Shown here piece by piece: positions 20,215 to 30,017 of a DNA stretch of 64,000 nt (positions are counted from its first letter, which is position 1; every line of letters starts with the position of its first letter). The notes beneath the pieces are model-generated. The model saw only the letters and a list, made by a program, of their open reading frames with translations. It was not told the origin of the DNA and made no database searches. The stretch comes from a bacterium (GTDB lineage Bacteria > Patescibacteriota > Minisyncoccia > Phycocordibacterales > UBA2100). Both the position numbers and the translations under genes were made by a program. The stretch lies in NCBI GenBank assembly GCA_021781955.1, contig JAJXVV010000003.1, positions 27,933-91,932 on the forward strand, given 5' to 3'.

Positions 20215-21094
20215 TCAGATATCGGTACTTCTCAGCACGCTTGCTGAGGGACACACCATCACAGCCGCCTGCAAGCGAGCGGGTGTGTCCCGCATGTTCT
20301 ACGACCGCCACTACAAGAGCGACCTCGCGTTCAAGAAGCAGGTCGATGAAGTACGGAGAACCGGGCTTGAGACGAACAACGATCGCGTCGTCTCAGCCCA
20401 CATGAAGAAAATCAGTGACGGCGGCTGGCCTGCAATCAAGTACTACCTCGAACACAACGTCACTCCCTACAAGAAAATGGCCGACCGGCCCGAGCCCGTT
20501 CCTATGCACCCCGTACCGGAGACCCTCTCCGATGCCGAGGCATATGAGCAGTTCGTCCTTTGGAGCGCTCTCTCGCCCGAGGAGCGTTCCTGGCGTGGGA
20601 TTGAGACACGTGAGCAGTTCTGCAAAACCTACGGCGTTCCGAGCATCCGATTGCTTGATATCTGGGCACAGCGTCCAGACTTCGAACAACGCGTTGCCAC
20701 GCTCCGGGAAGACTGGATCATCCTCAAGACCGGTGAACTACTGGGCGACATCTATGGCGCTGCCCGAGGCGGTGATTTCAAGAGTCGGCGGCTCTGGCTG
20801 GAGTATGCCCGGCACATCAAGGAAAAGCGTGATGCTGCGGGACCGAAGCCGAATCTGATTTCGCCGGAGGACGTGCGCTACATAATCGGCATGTTGCCAG
20901 AAGCGCTACAGAATCTTAACTACATGCGCCTGGACAGCATCAGGGGTGACGTTGCCAGATACGAAAGAGAGCGGGAGCGTAAAGAGCATGAGCGGGCGGA
21001 GATTGAAGATCGAGCGAAGAAGGACGCTCTGATGGAGCACTACAGAAAGCCGGATGGAGAAATCGACTGGGGCGCGTATTCGGAGTCGTTGTAA
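20201..21094 (+). CDS. Terminase-small-subunit-like protein with two HTH modules
   Basis: TITAACKRAGVSRMFY...AIKYYL and a second EQFCKTYGV...W.QRPDF module; follows the ParB-MTase as in phage packaging regions. Confidence 0.55.
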   Translation: MHKRDQISVLLSTLAEGHTITAACKRAGVSRMFYDRHYKSDLAFKKQVDEVRRTGLETNNDRVVSAHMKKISDGGWPAIKYYLEHNVTPYKKMADRPEPVPMHPVPETLSDAEAYEQFVLWSALSPEERSWRGIETREQFCKTYGVPSIRLLDIWAQRPDFEQRVATLREDWIILKTGELLGDIYGAARGGDFKSRRLWLEYARHIKEKRDAAGPKPNLISPEDVRYIIGMLPEALQNLNYMRLDSIRGDVARYERERERKEHERAEIEDRAKKDALMEHYRKPDGEIDWGAYSESL

Positions 21095-21099
21095 CTTCT

Positions 21100-21309
21100 C
21101 TAGGGCCTCTTGCGAGGCAAAAAGAGCCGGAGCTGATGAGGAGGAGGAGGTGGTACCTCCTTGCGGTTTTCGACATGCCACAGAAGCTGGAGCAGCTTGA
21201 TGAGATGACCCCAGATCGCGTACGCCTCGCCGAGCGAGATATCGCGACCGGTCGCTTCCTTGATGATTCGGCGAAGCTCCTGGGCACTCTGGGGCGTAAG
21301 AATGGCCAT
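21100..21309 (-). CDS. Small helical protein (69 aa)
   Basis: ELRRIIKEATGRDISLGEA helix pair; poly-Pro followed by QLRLF. Confidence 0.55.
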   Translation of the reverse strand: MAILTPQSAQELRRIIKEATGRDISLGEAYAIWGHLIKLLQLLWHVENRKEVPPPPPHQLRLFLPRKRP

Positions 21310-21353
21310 GGGGCCATTCCAGCTTAGATTCAGGCGTTTGCGAAGCGAGCTGT

Positions 21354-21815
21354 CTACAGCCCAAGTAGCTGTTTCTTCTTGGCCGAAAACTCCTCGTCGG
21401 TAAGGACGCCTTTGTCTTTGAGTGCAGCAAGTCTCTCCAGATCGTCGACACCACTCGCATGACCAGCAAATCGGCCGAACCGCGCGTCATTAATAGCTTG
21501 CTCCCATGAGAGGAAATGGCTCGGAGAGGCGGCGGCAAAAATGAGTTGCCGGCGATCGTGGTGCACGAACTTTGCACGGCGTTCGGTGTTACCGTCTTTG
21601 TAGACGATGAAAAGATTGTCTTTAAAGTCCATCTTTTCCGTATTGACGCTCACGATGTTCAAGAGCGGCACGCGCAACAGTTCCTGGTTACGTTTCTTCG
21701 AAAGGAAATATACGTCACTCCTTGTAAGGACCAGTGAGCCTCTATGTGCCTTATGCCAAAAGCCATTGTGCTGTATAAGGTTGTCCTCTTTCTTCAAAAC
21801 TTGCTCTTCCGCCAT
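21354..21815 (-). CDS. PH/GRAM-like plus SHOCT domain protein
   Basis: C-terminal DDLERLAALKDKGVLTDEEFSAKKKQLLG (SHOCT). Confidence 0.8.
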   Translation of the reverse strand: MAEEQVLKKEDNLIQHNGFWHKAHRGSLVLTRSDVYFLSKKRNQELLRVPLLNIVSVNTEKMDFKDNLFIVYKDGNTERRAKFVHHDRRQLIFAAASPSHFLSWEQAINDARFGRFAGHASGVDDLERLAALKDKGVLTDEEFSAKKKQLLGL

Positions 21816-21973
21816 ATCGTTATGGTTAGGTTAAATAAAGCCGACCTTGTGTTCCTAGCTTAGTTTCAAGACCTTGCGAAGCGGGTTACCAACTCTTGCC
21901 TTTGAAGGGTATTCGTAGCCTACCATAATATCTAAAGTTTGGATATTCAGTTCTTGGATAGACGCTTATTGGT

Positions 21974-22192
21974 ATGGGAAAGAGCATCCATACCAAGGAG
22001 TACAAGGTTTTTGTAGAGCGCCTGAAGAAGGCCCGGATTGAGGCTGGCCTGACTCAAGTGCAAGCAGCAAAGAAACTAGGCCGCCCGCAGTCGCACATTT
22101 CGAATGTTGAGACTGGCCAGCAGCGCGTGGATATAGTGGAGCTTAAGCGGTTTGCGAAGCTCTACGGGAAGAGTATCGAGTACTTCCTCTAA
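21974..22192 (+). CDS. XRE-family HTH regulator
   Basis: LKKARIEAGLTQVQAAKKLGRPQSHISNVETGQQRVD. Confidence 0.9.
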   Translation: MGKSIHTKEYKVFVERLKKARIEAGLTQVQAAKKLGRPQSHISNVETGQQRVDIVELKRFAKLYGKSIEYFL

Positions 22193-22968
22193 AAACTTTC
22201 GGAATCAACGGCGAGCCCGATCTGCCTTCCAATTGGCTTTATTAGCTTCTCTTCCAAGAGAGGAAAGTAGCTTGGCATAAATCGAAAAAGGCCAACCTTA
22301 GGGTATCGAGCTTCAATCGTGCTCGAAAAGAAAGAGGCGGAGAGATCGTCGATAATGTATTCAAGATCCGGATCTAGCAGCACCTTCTCGACATCGAGTC
22401 TGCGGCAATGGTCGTAGAATTTTTTGTACTCGTGTCGGTATCTCTTCACTGTCTCAATAACCTTTAGCGGATCTTCCAGCTCTTTGAATAGGATGAACGA
22501 CGTAAGCAGCGATTCTATTCCCTGGGTTAAGAGAATTTCATACCGCCCGCTGTCTTCCTTCTTATGATACAGAAATTTCGCGGAATCGATACAGTCTCTT
22601 CCGGTCGTATAAAAAGAAACGACGAGATCATCACGCCTATTTTGCGTAAGGACTGTCTCGAGGAATTCATCGATTCCAATGTCAGCTTCTCCCTTTCGTC
22701 GACGAGGATAGAACGTCGAGAGTTGGTCATCGCGATACACCAAAAGATGTGGGTAAAGAATGCCGCTCCCTGTCTGCCGTATCTGAATCTTAGCCAGTAT
22801 CGATTCTTTTAAGAGCTCATCTTTTATCTTTTGCGCATGATCAGATTCGGATATGATCTCAGTCTCAGTTCTAATGGGTAAACTACTCTTTTCAATGTCA
22901 TCTAAGAGAGCCAGCGTCTTGGATACGTCGTCGTGGGGGTTATAAATCAAGCGGAATACTATTCTCAT
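22189..22968 (-). CDS. Hypothetical protein with a HEPN-like C-terminal domain
   Basis: LLTQGIESLLTSFI...RHEY...IEARYP pattern; AT-rich. Confidence 0.55.
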   Translation of the reverse strand: MRIVFRLIYNPHDDVSKTLALLDDIEKSSLPIRTETEIISESDHAQKIKDELLKESILAKIQIRQTGSGILYPHLLVYRDDQLSTFYPRRRKGEADIGIDEFLETVLTQNRRDDLVVSFYTTGRDCIDSAKFLYHKKEDSGRYEILLTQGIESLLTSFILFKELEDPLKVIETVKRYRHEYKKFYDHCRRLDVEKVLLDPDLEYIIDDLSASFFSSTIEARYPKVGLFRFMPSYFPLLEEKLIKPIGRQIGLAVDSESF

Positions 22969-23043
22969 ATAAGAATATTCTTCAATTTCTAATCCAGAAT
23001 ATCCACTCCCTTCTCGTAAAGATTACAGGTCGGCGGAGTAATC

Positions 23044-23829
23044 TCACACCACATGCGAGCGATCCACATCTATTCGAGTCGCTGCAAGGTACCAGATAAA
23101 CCCAACGAGCAGCACGGTGAGGACCAGACTGACTGTGCCATCGCCGAATCCAAGACCGCTGACGCTCGGTGCCTTGCCGAACCAGTCTGCAAACGAAGCA
23201 CCTAATGGGCGTGTGAGAATGTACGCGAGCCAGAATGCGAGCACAGCGTTGCGAGTCAGGTGCTCGTGGTGCTCGGAGAGCCAGCCCTTTGCGGCATAGT
23301 GGAAGATAGCGATGAGCGCGATAAGCCCGGCAAAAAGTAATCCTGCAGAGAGAAAGCCGAGGTTGAGGGTGAACGCCATCATGTCGCCCCATGCGGTGCC
23401 GAGCGCGAAGGTCGCGCACACGGTGAGCCAGTAGAATATTTCCCTTCGCCGCGTCGTAATGCTGTGAATGGATAGCGTCTTTTCAACCGCGTACCAGAGG
23501 ATAAAAATAACGACGAGCGACACGGCGAAGAATATGGTCGTGTAGAGGTACGGAATACCGATGACGATATGGAGGACATCTGCCCCCATCGTGCCGAATA
23601 CGGCAACCATGGTGACCGCGAGCCAGTACACCCACGCGTTGTATCGTGGCCACCAGAATTGGAGTGTGAGCGCAGCCGCGAATGCAAGCGCACCGATACC
23701 GACTGCGACGTACGGGTTGATGGAGTACACGAGGTAGTCGGACGCACTCTCACCGAGCGCGGTGGTAAGGAGTTTGACGATCCAGAAAAACGCCGTGATC
23801 TGGGGAACTTTTCGCAAACCCTGCCGCAT
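23044..23829 (-). CDS. COG4705/DUF347 family membrane protein
   Basis: KVPQITAFFWIVKLLTTALGE, TFALGTAWGD, FWLAYILTRPLGAS. Confidence 0.85.
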   Translation of the reverse strand: MRQGLRKVPQITAFFWIVKLLTTALGESASDYLVYSINPYVAVGIGALAFAAALTLQFWWPRYNAWVYWLAVTMVAVFGTMGADVLHIVIGIPYLYTTIFFAVSLVVIFILWYAVEKTLSIHSITTRRREIFYWLTVCATFALGTAWGDMMAFTLNLGFLSAGLLFAGLIALIAIFHYAAKGWLSEHHEHLTRNAVLAFWLAYILTRPLGASFADWFGKAPSVSGLGFGDGTVSLVLTVLLVGFIWYLAATRIDVDRSHVV

Positions 23830-23830
23830 A

Positions 23831-24727
23831 TCACTCTGGCATCGGAACGTGCTCCCTGCGCTGTTCCTCAATATCATCTTTGACGGTCTCAGCCGTGATC
23901 ACGTCACGCTTCGTCAGCGTCAGGAAGATGACGAGTGCGAGAATGGCGCCGAGGAAAATAAAACTCGTCATCGTCGTGCCAAGACCTAAGCCACCATCAC
24001 TTTGTGCTTGAGATAGATAATCGCCAATCGAGGCTCCGAGAGGGCGCGTCATGATGTACGCGAGCCAGAACGCAAGAACCGCATTCGAGGACACGTGCCG
24101 ATGCTCAATGCCCAGGACTGCTTTGAAGATGTAATGGGCCGCAGTAATAGCAGCGATAACGCCAGCAAAGATGAGGAGCGCCGTAAGGTACCCTAGGTTG
24201 AATTTCTCAGCTACCAGGTCGCCCGCCGCAGTGCCGAGCGCAAAAGTAAAGAGAATCGTGAGCCAGTAAAACGCCTCGCGACGCTTCGAGAAAATTGTGT
24301 GGATAGAGAGCGTCTTCTCGAACGCGAACCAGACCGCGAACGTGATCGCGAGGAGAATCGCGAACACCGTGGTGGTGGTCGTGAGCGACACGCCGAGATT
24401 GTCGGTGAGGTTGTCTGTGATGAGCGTGCCGACAACGCTGATAAATACGACGGCAAGCCAGTAGATTGAGGGAACGTACCTTTTCGCTCGGAACTGGAAG
24501 AAGAGAATGACGATGAGGATGGCCCCCATTACCAAGCTCGTGCCGTTGAGCCCAAAGCCAAGCGTCGTATTCAAATAATCGGCCGCGGTCTCGCCCACGG
24601 TCGTGCAAAGAATTTTTATGATCCAAAAGTACAGCGTTACTTCCGGAACCTTATTGAGCATTTGTTGCCATTTTGACGGCCCCATGGCGCTCGGCTGTTT
24701 AGGATTCGCACTCGTTACTGCTGGCAT
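23831..24727 (-). CDS. COG4705/DUF347 family membrane protein (paralog)
   Basis: NKVPEVTLYFWIIKILCTTVGET, TFALGTAAGD, FWLAYIMTRPLGAS. Confidence 0.85.
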   Translation of the reverse strand: MPAVTSANPKQPSAMGPSKWQQMLNKVPEVTLYFWIIKILCTTVGETAADYLNTTLGFGLNGTSLVMGAILIVILFFQFRAKRYVPSIYWLAVVFISVVGTLITDNLTDNLGVSLTTTTTVFAILLAITFAVWFAFEKTLSIHTIFSKRREAFYWLTILFTFALGTAAGDLVAEKFNLGYLTALLIFAGVIAAITAAHYIFKAVLGIEHRHVSSNAVLAFWLAYIMTRPLGASIGDYLSQAQSDGGLGLGTTMTSFIFLGAILALVIFLTLTKRDVITAETVKDDIEEQRREHVPMPE

Positions 24728-24879
24728 ATGGTTAGGGATAGTAATGCATTTTAGGAATAATTGTAAGGCGGTGCACCGAGGGGTCAGTCGATGCACCGCT
24801 TTACGCACTCGCCGCAAATATCTCAAGCGGCTAAGCAAAGAGGACGGAAGTCCTCACTGGTAAGAATCTCTCATGGACT

Positions 24880-24896
24880 GTAAAGATTTTGTAAAG
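24880..24896 (-). promoter_or_regulatory. Candidate OmpR-type operator 1
   Basis: GTAAAG-ATTTT-GTAAAG, 11-bp-spaced direct repeat. Confidence 0.6.
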
Positions 24897-24907
24897 CGCG
24901 TCCAGAA

Positions 24908-24947
24908 AGAACAAGGGCCGGTTCCGTTGCGGACCGGCCCTTGTTCT
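24908..24947. terminator. Terminator hairpin
   Basis: AGAACAAGGGCCGGT/ACCGGCCCTTGTTCT. Confidence 0.65.
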
Positions 24948-24967
24948 GTTTCTCTCTCACTGTCGCC

Positions 24968-25606
24968 TTACTGCCCCACGACTTCCGCGCCGCCAGGGGC
25001 TTTCGTCACCTGCGCGGTCGCGACGGCGTAGCCGGGCGCGCTCACTTCTATAGAGAACTTCAGCTGATCGAGCGCCGTCCCGTAAATGCCATGCATGTTC
25101 GCCGGAAAATGCCCATAGCCGGATTGATTGTCGAAGTGCACCGTAACGCTGCCGTGCGCCGGGATCGTTATCCCCGTGAGAGGCTTGTAGTACCCCTCTT
25201 TCTTGCCGTTCGCCGAGTCGGTAATGGTGTAGTACGCCTCAAGATTCGAGAGCGTTTGATTGGTCAGATTGTTGATGACGAACTGCAAGTGGTCGCTGAC
25301 GGCATTGCCTGCCGCATCGACGTTATTCTCAACCATGACCGAAGTGAGTTTGATTCCTGACTTGGTCGAGGTGTTCTTGATTGGGTTCGGATACAGCCCC
25401 GGTACCACGTCCTCCGGATTTGCTCCCGCCGTTTGGCTTGTCGTTGACGCACCAGAGGTGGCAGACGGCTGCGTGTACGACGAAGGCGTATTCGGTGCAT
25501 TCGTCGCGACTGTTTGCGTCGCTGAACCGCCCGGATGCAATGCGAATATCACTATTGCTGCCACCGCGATGACGACGCCTCCGATTATGTATGCTGTTTT
25601 GTTCAT
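24968..25606 (-). CDS. Membrane-anchored extracellular protein, probably ABC-associated
   Basis: N-terminal TM, Ser/Thr linker, beta-rich C domain; last gene of the ABC operon. Confidence 0.7.
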   Translation of the reverse strand: MNKTAYIIGGVVIAVAAIVIFALHPGGSATQTVATNAPNTPSSYTQPSATSGASTTSQTAGANPEDVVPGLYPNPIKNTSTKSGIKLTSVMVENNVDAAGNAVSDHLQFVINNLTNQTLSNLEAYYTITDSANGKKEGYYKPLTGITIPAHGSVTVHFDNQSGYGHFPANMHGIYGTALDQLKFSIEVSAPGYAVATAQVTKAPGGAEVVGQ

Positions 25607-25657
25607 AGTAAGGGTGTTAATGGTTGGTAATGTCTGCTAATAATCGCTGCGACCGCA

Positions 25658-26635
25658 TCATGGCGATGAAGCCATGATGCGTTTGTTGCTTGCGAACAGA
25701 AACGCCGCGCCGACTCCCACGACGTAAAGGGCCATCAAGAGCGCGAGGTCCGGCCACTTGTCGCCCATGATGTAGCTGAGCGACTTGTCGTTGTACATGC
25801 CCTTGATGCCGAGCGTAGCGAACACGAGCCGCTCGTAGTGCTTTTCAATCGAGCTGACCTCCAGGGCATTGCGGAAATTCTCATAGTTCTGGAATTGCGC
25901 GATGATGACACTTTGCTGATCCTGCGTGGTGTGCATGCTGGCGAAGAACCCACCGGGGACCTGGTTGTCGGGATCCATCGTGTCGCCGATCTGCGGAATG
26001 ATGAGCACGAACACGAGCCAGAGCGCGAAGGAAAGCAGCAGCGCGCGCGGCAGATCCTTGAAAAAGAGCGTGAGCGCCGCGGAGAAGCAGAAGAAAAATA
26101 GCAGGTAGAAATACGTGTAGGCGAATGACAAGGTCAGCTTAAGCATCTCCACAGTGGAAAATGCCACGTGGCCGATGGCCGTTATCGACAGCGCGATGAA
26201 ACCTTCAAGGAGCGCGAGCAGCGTGAGAATGAGCAGACTGGTGCCAAGTATCTTTCCGCCCACCAGCGCGGTGCGGGAAACCGGCCTCGTGAGGAGCAGC
26301 CGAGAGGTGTTGGTCCCTTTCTCTTTGGCAACGGCGAGATATCCGAGTACTATTGCGAGGACAGCGCCGATGATTTCTAGGTATTCAATTGTTCCGCGCA
26401 GCATCAGCAGCGGATAGTATGAGGGCGGCGGAATGACTGCACCGGCACGCTGCGCGGCCGTGAGCTGAGACAGTGCGGCATTGTACTGCGCCACTTCCGC
26501 CTGGAAGTTGAATGACGCGACGAGGATCGACACGGTGGTAAGCAATACCATGAAGCCCGCCAGCGTGATGAACAAGGCGCTCCGCGCAGAATCCCGGTAC
26601 TCTTTCTTGGCGATGGTGAGCGTTGGAGAAGTCAT
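25658..26635 (-). CDS. ABC-2/NosY-like permease
   Basis: IAKKEYRD, EKGTNTSRLLLTRPVSR, GKILG. Confidence 0.85.
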   Translation of the reverse strand: MTSPTLTIAKKEYRDSARSALFITLAGFMVLLTTVSILVASFNFQAEVAQYNAALSQLTAAQRAGAVIPPPSYYPLLMLRGTIEYLEIIGAVLAIVLGYLAVAKEKGTNTSRLLLTRPVSRTALVGGKILGTSLLILTLLALLEGFIALSITAIGHVAFSTVEMLKLTLSFAYTYFYLLFFFCFSAALTLFFKDLPRALLLSFALWLVFVLIIPQIGDTMDPDNQVPGGFFASMHTTQDQQSVIIAQFQNYENFRNALEVSSIEKHYERLVFATLGIKGMYNDKSLSYIMGDKWPDLALLMALYVVGVGAAFLFASNKRIMASSP

Positions 26636-26636
26636 A

Positions 26637-27578
26637 TCATGCGATTTGATCGGCCGTTGTTGAATACTTCTGGAGCGCAAATACGCACGCTGCTCCGGCA
26701 ACTACGCCCGCAGCGGCCAGCGCGAGAATCGCACCGATATCGAACGGGCCCGGACTTATGCGCAAGAAATGCAGCGCTAGAGCCGTATAGTCTTGTCCGA
26801 AAGAGAACGGGCTCAGTATTGCGCGAGCGGACGAGAAAAATGCGCCCGACGCCGCCGGAGCGTGCGCGAGCGTGACCGGATTGAGGAGCGAAACCGGGTT
26901 CTGCCCCGTCGATAGTTCGGGCAGGATGAATACGACGGCAATCCACACGAGAACAGGCGCGAGAAGCGCGAGGGACTCGTTCGACATGTACACGCCGAAG
27001 AGGAGGCCGATCGCAGCAAAGAACGTGAGGTACACGAAAGACACCGCATAGAAAGCGGCCAACGAGAGGAACTCTCCTCCGGAGAGGTGCAGTGCGGGGA
27101 TGAAGAGAGTGCTGAGCGCGCTTACGACGAACATGCCGAGTATAACGAGGAGCAACGCCACGTTGATGCCGCAGAGTTTGCCCGCGATATAGAGCGGTCG
27201 CCCGGCGGGGCGCGACAGCAGGAGCGGGACGACTCCCGATTTGCGGTCGCGCACGAATGAGCGGTGGCCGATAACGATGGCGAGCAATGCGCCAACCAAG
27301 AGCGTGTAGATGATCAGATTGTTGAATATCGCGAGAGTTGAGACGCCGAGAAGCGGGTTCGGAGCGATGTGCGAAACGCCCGCCGCTTTCAGGGTGGCAA
27401 CCGTGGCCGCGTATATTGCGAGCGTCGTCGAGCGCGTCGACCATCCGATAAATACTGCAAAGAGCGTCACGGCTGAGAAAATGCCGAGCAGCGTCGAAAA
27501 GGTCCCTTCCCGCCTCAGAGTGCGCAGTTCGTGGGCGACGATCGTTCGCAACGGACTTGCTACGCGAGAGGAATTCAT
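26637..27578 (-). CDS. ABC-2/NosY-like permease
   Basis: IVAHELR, DRKSGVVPLLLSRP, GKLCG. Confidence 0.85.
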   Translation of the reverse strand: MNSSRVASPLRTIVAHELRTLRREGTFSTLLGIFSAVTLFAVFIGWSTRSTTLAIYAATVATLKAAGVSHIAPNPLLGVSTLAIFNNLIIYTLLVGALLAIVIGHRSFVRDRKSGVVPLLLSRPAGRPLYIAGKLCGINVALLLVILGMFVVSALSTLFIPALHLSGGEFLSLAAFYAVSFVYLTFFAAIGLLFGVYMSNESLALLAPVLVWIAVVFILPELSTGQNPVSLLNPVTLAHAPAASGAFFSSARAILSPFSFGQDYTALALHFLRISPGPFDIGAILALAAAGVVAGAACVFALQKYSTTADQIA

Positions 27579-28333
27579 GACACTTCTGTAGTTTCCATTC
27601 TGACGTAAATCTCCTCGAGCGAGGCCTCGTCGGGGAATTTCTTCTGCGTGCGCTCCATGGTGTCCGAGTAAATGAGCTTGCCCATGCTGAGAACGCCGAT
27701 CGACGTGCAGGTCTTTCCGACCTCTGAAAGAAGGTGTGTGTTCATAAAAATAGTCATGCCGCGCTCCCGGTTGAGGCGCAGAATGATATCGCGCAGGTTT
27801 TTGATGCCCATTGGATCCAGACCGGACGTCGGCTCGTCGAGGAAGAGCACGGCGGGGTTGTGAAGGATCGCCTGCGCGATGCCGATGCGCTGCCGCATAC
27901 CCTTCGAGAACGTTTTCAGCCGTTTGTGCTCGACTCCCCGGAAGTCGAGGAATGCGAGCGTCTCGTCGATTTTGGCGTCGACCTCCTCGACGCCGGAAAG
28001 GCGCGCAAAATACGCCAGGTTCTCATATGCGGTGAGATCGTTGTAGAACGTGACATTCTCCGGCAGATATCCGATGCGTTTGCGTACATCGATACTCTGC
28101 GAGAGTGTGTTGAATCCGGCAATCTTAACCTCACCCGCGGTCTGTCGCAGGAGCGTCGTCAAGATGCTCATGGTGGTCGTCTTGCCTGCGCCGTTGTGCC
28201 CAAGGAAGCCGAAAATCTCCCCTGCGGGAATGGATAAATTGAGGTCGTGCAATACCGTATGCCCGTTGTACGCGTGCGTTACGCCGCGAACTTCAATGGC
28301 GGGAGATTCGCCATGGCGCTGTTTTGATTCCAT
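27575..28333 (-). CDS. ABC transporter ATP-binding protein
   Basis: GHNGAGKTT, FSKGMRQR, LDEPTSGLDP. Confidence 0.92.
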   Translation of the reverse strand: MESKQRHGESPAIEVRGVTHAYNGHTVLHDLNLSIPAGEIFGFLGHNGAGKTTTMSILTTLLRQTAGEVKIAGFNTLSQSIDVRKRIGYLPENVTFYNDLTAYENLAYFARLSGVEEVDAKIDETLAFLDFRGVEHKRLKTFSKGMRQRIGIAQAILHNPAVLFLDEPTSGLDPMGIKNLRDIILRLNRERGMTIFMNTHLLSEVGKTCTSIGVLSMGKLIYSDTMERTQKKFPDEASLEEIYVRMETTEVS

Positions 28334-28357
28334 GGCTAATACCATGGAATATGGCGT

Positions 28358-28374
28358 GTAAAAAGTCTGTAAAG
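28358..28374 (-). promoter_or_regulatory. Candidate OmpR-type operator 2
   Basis: GTAAAA-AGTCT-GTAAAG upstream of the ABC operon. Confidence 0.55.
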
Positions 28375-28395
28375 GAGATCGAGGGCCTGCGCAGC

Positions 28396-28983
28396 CTATT
28401 TCCGAGCCCTTCGATACAGGTAGTAGCCGACCAGCAAGACTCCGCAGACGGCGATGCCGTATTCAAGTGGTGCGACGTAATCACCGATATCGTTCCACTG
28501 ATTGCCGAGCAAATAGCCGATCCATGCGAGCAAACCGGACCATAGCAGAGAGCCGGCGAATGTGTATAACGAGAACCTCCATACATTCATCTCGAACATG
28601 CCGGCCGGGAGCGAGATGTATGTGCGGACGGCCGGCAAAAGGCGCGACAGAAATACGGCCGCACTCCCGTATTTGGAAAACCACGAGGCACCCCGGTGAT
28701 AATCCTCTTCTTTCAGCAATACGTATTTCCCATAGCGGCGTATCCAGCCGATGAGCACGCTCTCCTCGAGCAAATACCCGATGTAGTACCCGACGAGCGA
28801 ACCAGCGAGATTTCCTAGAGCACCGGCGAGCATGACGAACCAGAGATTAAGGGATCCTTGGCTCGCAAGATAACCCGCGAACGGCATGGTCACCTCGGAC
28901 GGAATGGGAACGAAGACGCTCTCAAGCGTCATGAGTGCGAAGAGCGCGAAATAGCCGAACGACTGGATAATACCTGTCACCAT
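28396..28983 (-). CDS. DedA family protein
   Basis: LESVFVPIPSEVTMPFAG, SRLLPAVRTYISLPAG. Confidence 0.92.
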   Translation of the reverse strand: MVTGIIQSFGYFALFALMTLESVFVPIPSEVTMPFAGYLASQGSLNLWFVMLAGALGNLAGSLVGYYIGYLLEESVLIGWIRRYGKYVLLKEEDYHRGASWFSKYGSAAVFLSRLLPAVRTYISLPAGMFEMNVWRFSLYTFAGSLLWSGLLAWIGYLLGNQWNDIGDYVAPLEYGIAVCGVLLVGYYLYRRARK

Positions 28984-29006
28984 AGCGAAGAATCAAATGC
29001 GTCCCG

Positions 29007-30017
29007 CTACGTGGACGAGAGCGGCAGCCGCATCGTCACCTTTGTGCCTTTTCCTTTCTCACTCTCGATAGACACCTCCCCGCCATGCTGGGCGATAATC
29101 TCCTTGACGATGGAGAGGCCGAGGCCGCTGCCGTTTGTCCCTTCACCTTTGTAGAAACGCTCGAAGACGTGCGGCAGATCTTTCAGGTCGATGCCGGTAC
29201 CGGTATCAGACACGCGCATAAGCGCCTGCGGTCCCTCGCGGCGCACCTCGAGTACCACCGAACCTCCCTGCGGCGTATGTTCGATCGCATTTTGCAGGAG
29301 ATTCGTTAGTACTCGGGCGATTTCGGACGACCTCCCGAGAATAGTTATCGGAGCTGCCGCGGATATCGCAATGGAGACGCCGTTCTTGTCACCGAGCGCC
29401 TTTAGTTTCTCCGCCGTGCTTCTGGCGACTTCCGCGAGGTCTATTTGCTCTGCGGGAGCCGGTGAACGCGTATGCGAGCGCGCGAGCGTGAGGAGGTCGC
29501 TCGTCATGCTCGTGAGGTGGTCTATCTCCTCGATGTTGCTGCGCAACGCCGTCTGCATAAGTTCCTTGGTCGGCGAAGGGTTGCGCAGGAGCACTTCGAA
29601 GTCGTTGCGCATGACCGCGAGTGGCGTACGCAATTCGTGAGAAGCTTTTTCGGAGAATGCCTGCTGCGCCTCAAGTGCGCGCTGTATGGGGCGAAGCGTG
29701 TATCCGGCAAACCAGAATCCTAATGCTCCTGTACAGACCAGAATGACGGCATCGACGAGCAGCAGGTCGCGTTCGAAAGAAGTTAACGTGCGGTCGATGA
29801 ACTGCTGCTGTGCCTCATTGCTGGAGAAATCGCCGTCGACCCCGTTGCCTTCATTCAGACTCTGCTGCAGGTTGAAATAGAGAAACGCGCTGAAACCGAT
29901 CACGATGGCCGCGACGATAACGACGTAGACGCCCGTGAGCTTCAAACGGGCCCAAAAGAATACGCTACGATCGGAGACGGTATCCGATGCCCCTGACAGT
30001 TTCGATTGCTGAGCCAT
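29007..30017 (-). CDS. Sensor histidine kinase
   Basis: Two TMs, ASHELRTPL H-box, NLLQNA, DTGTGI, GSGLGL. Confidence 0.92.
   Translation of the reverse strand: MAQQSKLSGASDTVSDRSVFFWARLKLTGVYVVIVAAIVIGFSAFLYFNLQQSLNEGNGVDGDFSSNEAQQQFIDRTLTSFERDLLLVDAVILVCTGALGFWFAGYTLRPIQRALEAQQAFSEKASHELRTPLAVMRNDFEVLLRNPSPTKELMQTALRSNIEEIDHLTSMTSDLLTLARSHTRSPAPAEQIDLAEVARSTAEKLKALGDKNGVSIAISAAAPITILGRSSEIARVLTNLLQNAIEHTPQGGSVVLEVRREGPQALMRVSDTGTGIDLKDLPHVFERFYKGEGTNGSGLGLSIVKEIIAQHGGEVSIESEKGKGTKVTMRLPLSST

Noticed and set aside
23015-23021. GTAAAG half-site as a fifth operator
   Set aside because: No second half-site at 11-bp spacing
24840-24856. GAGGAC-GGAA-GTCCTC as a fourth copy of the valS palindrome
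   Set aside because: Only 6-bp arms are shared, the loop differs and the CCA/TGG ends are missing
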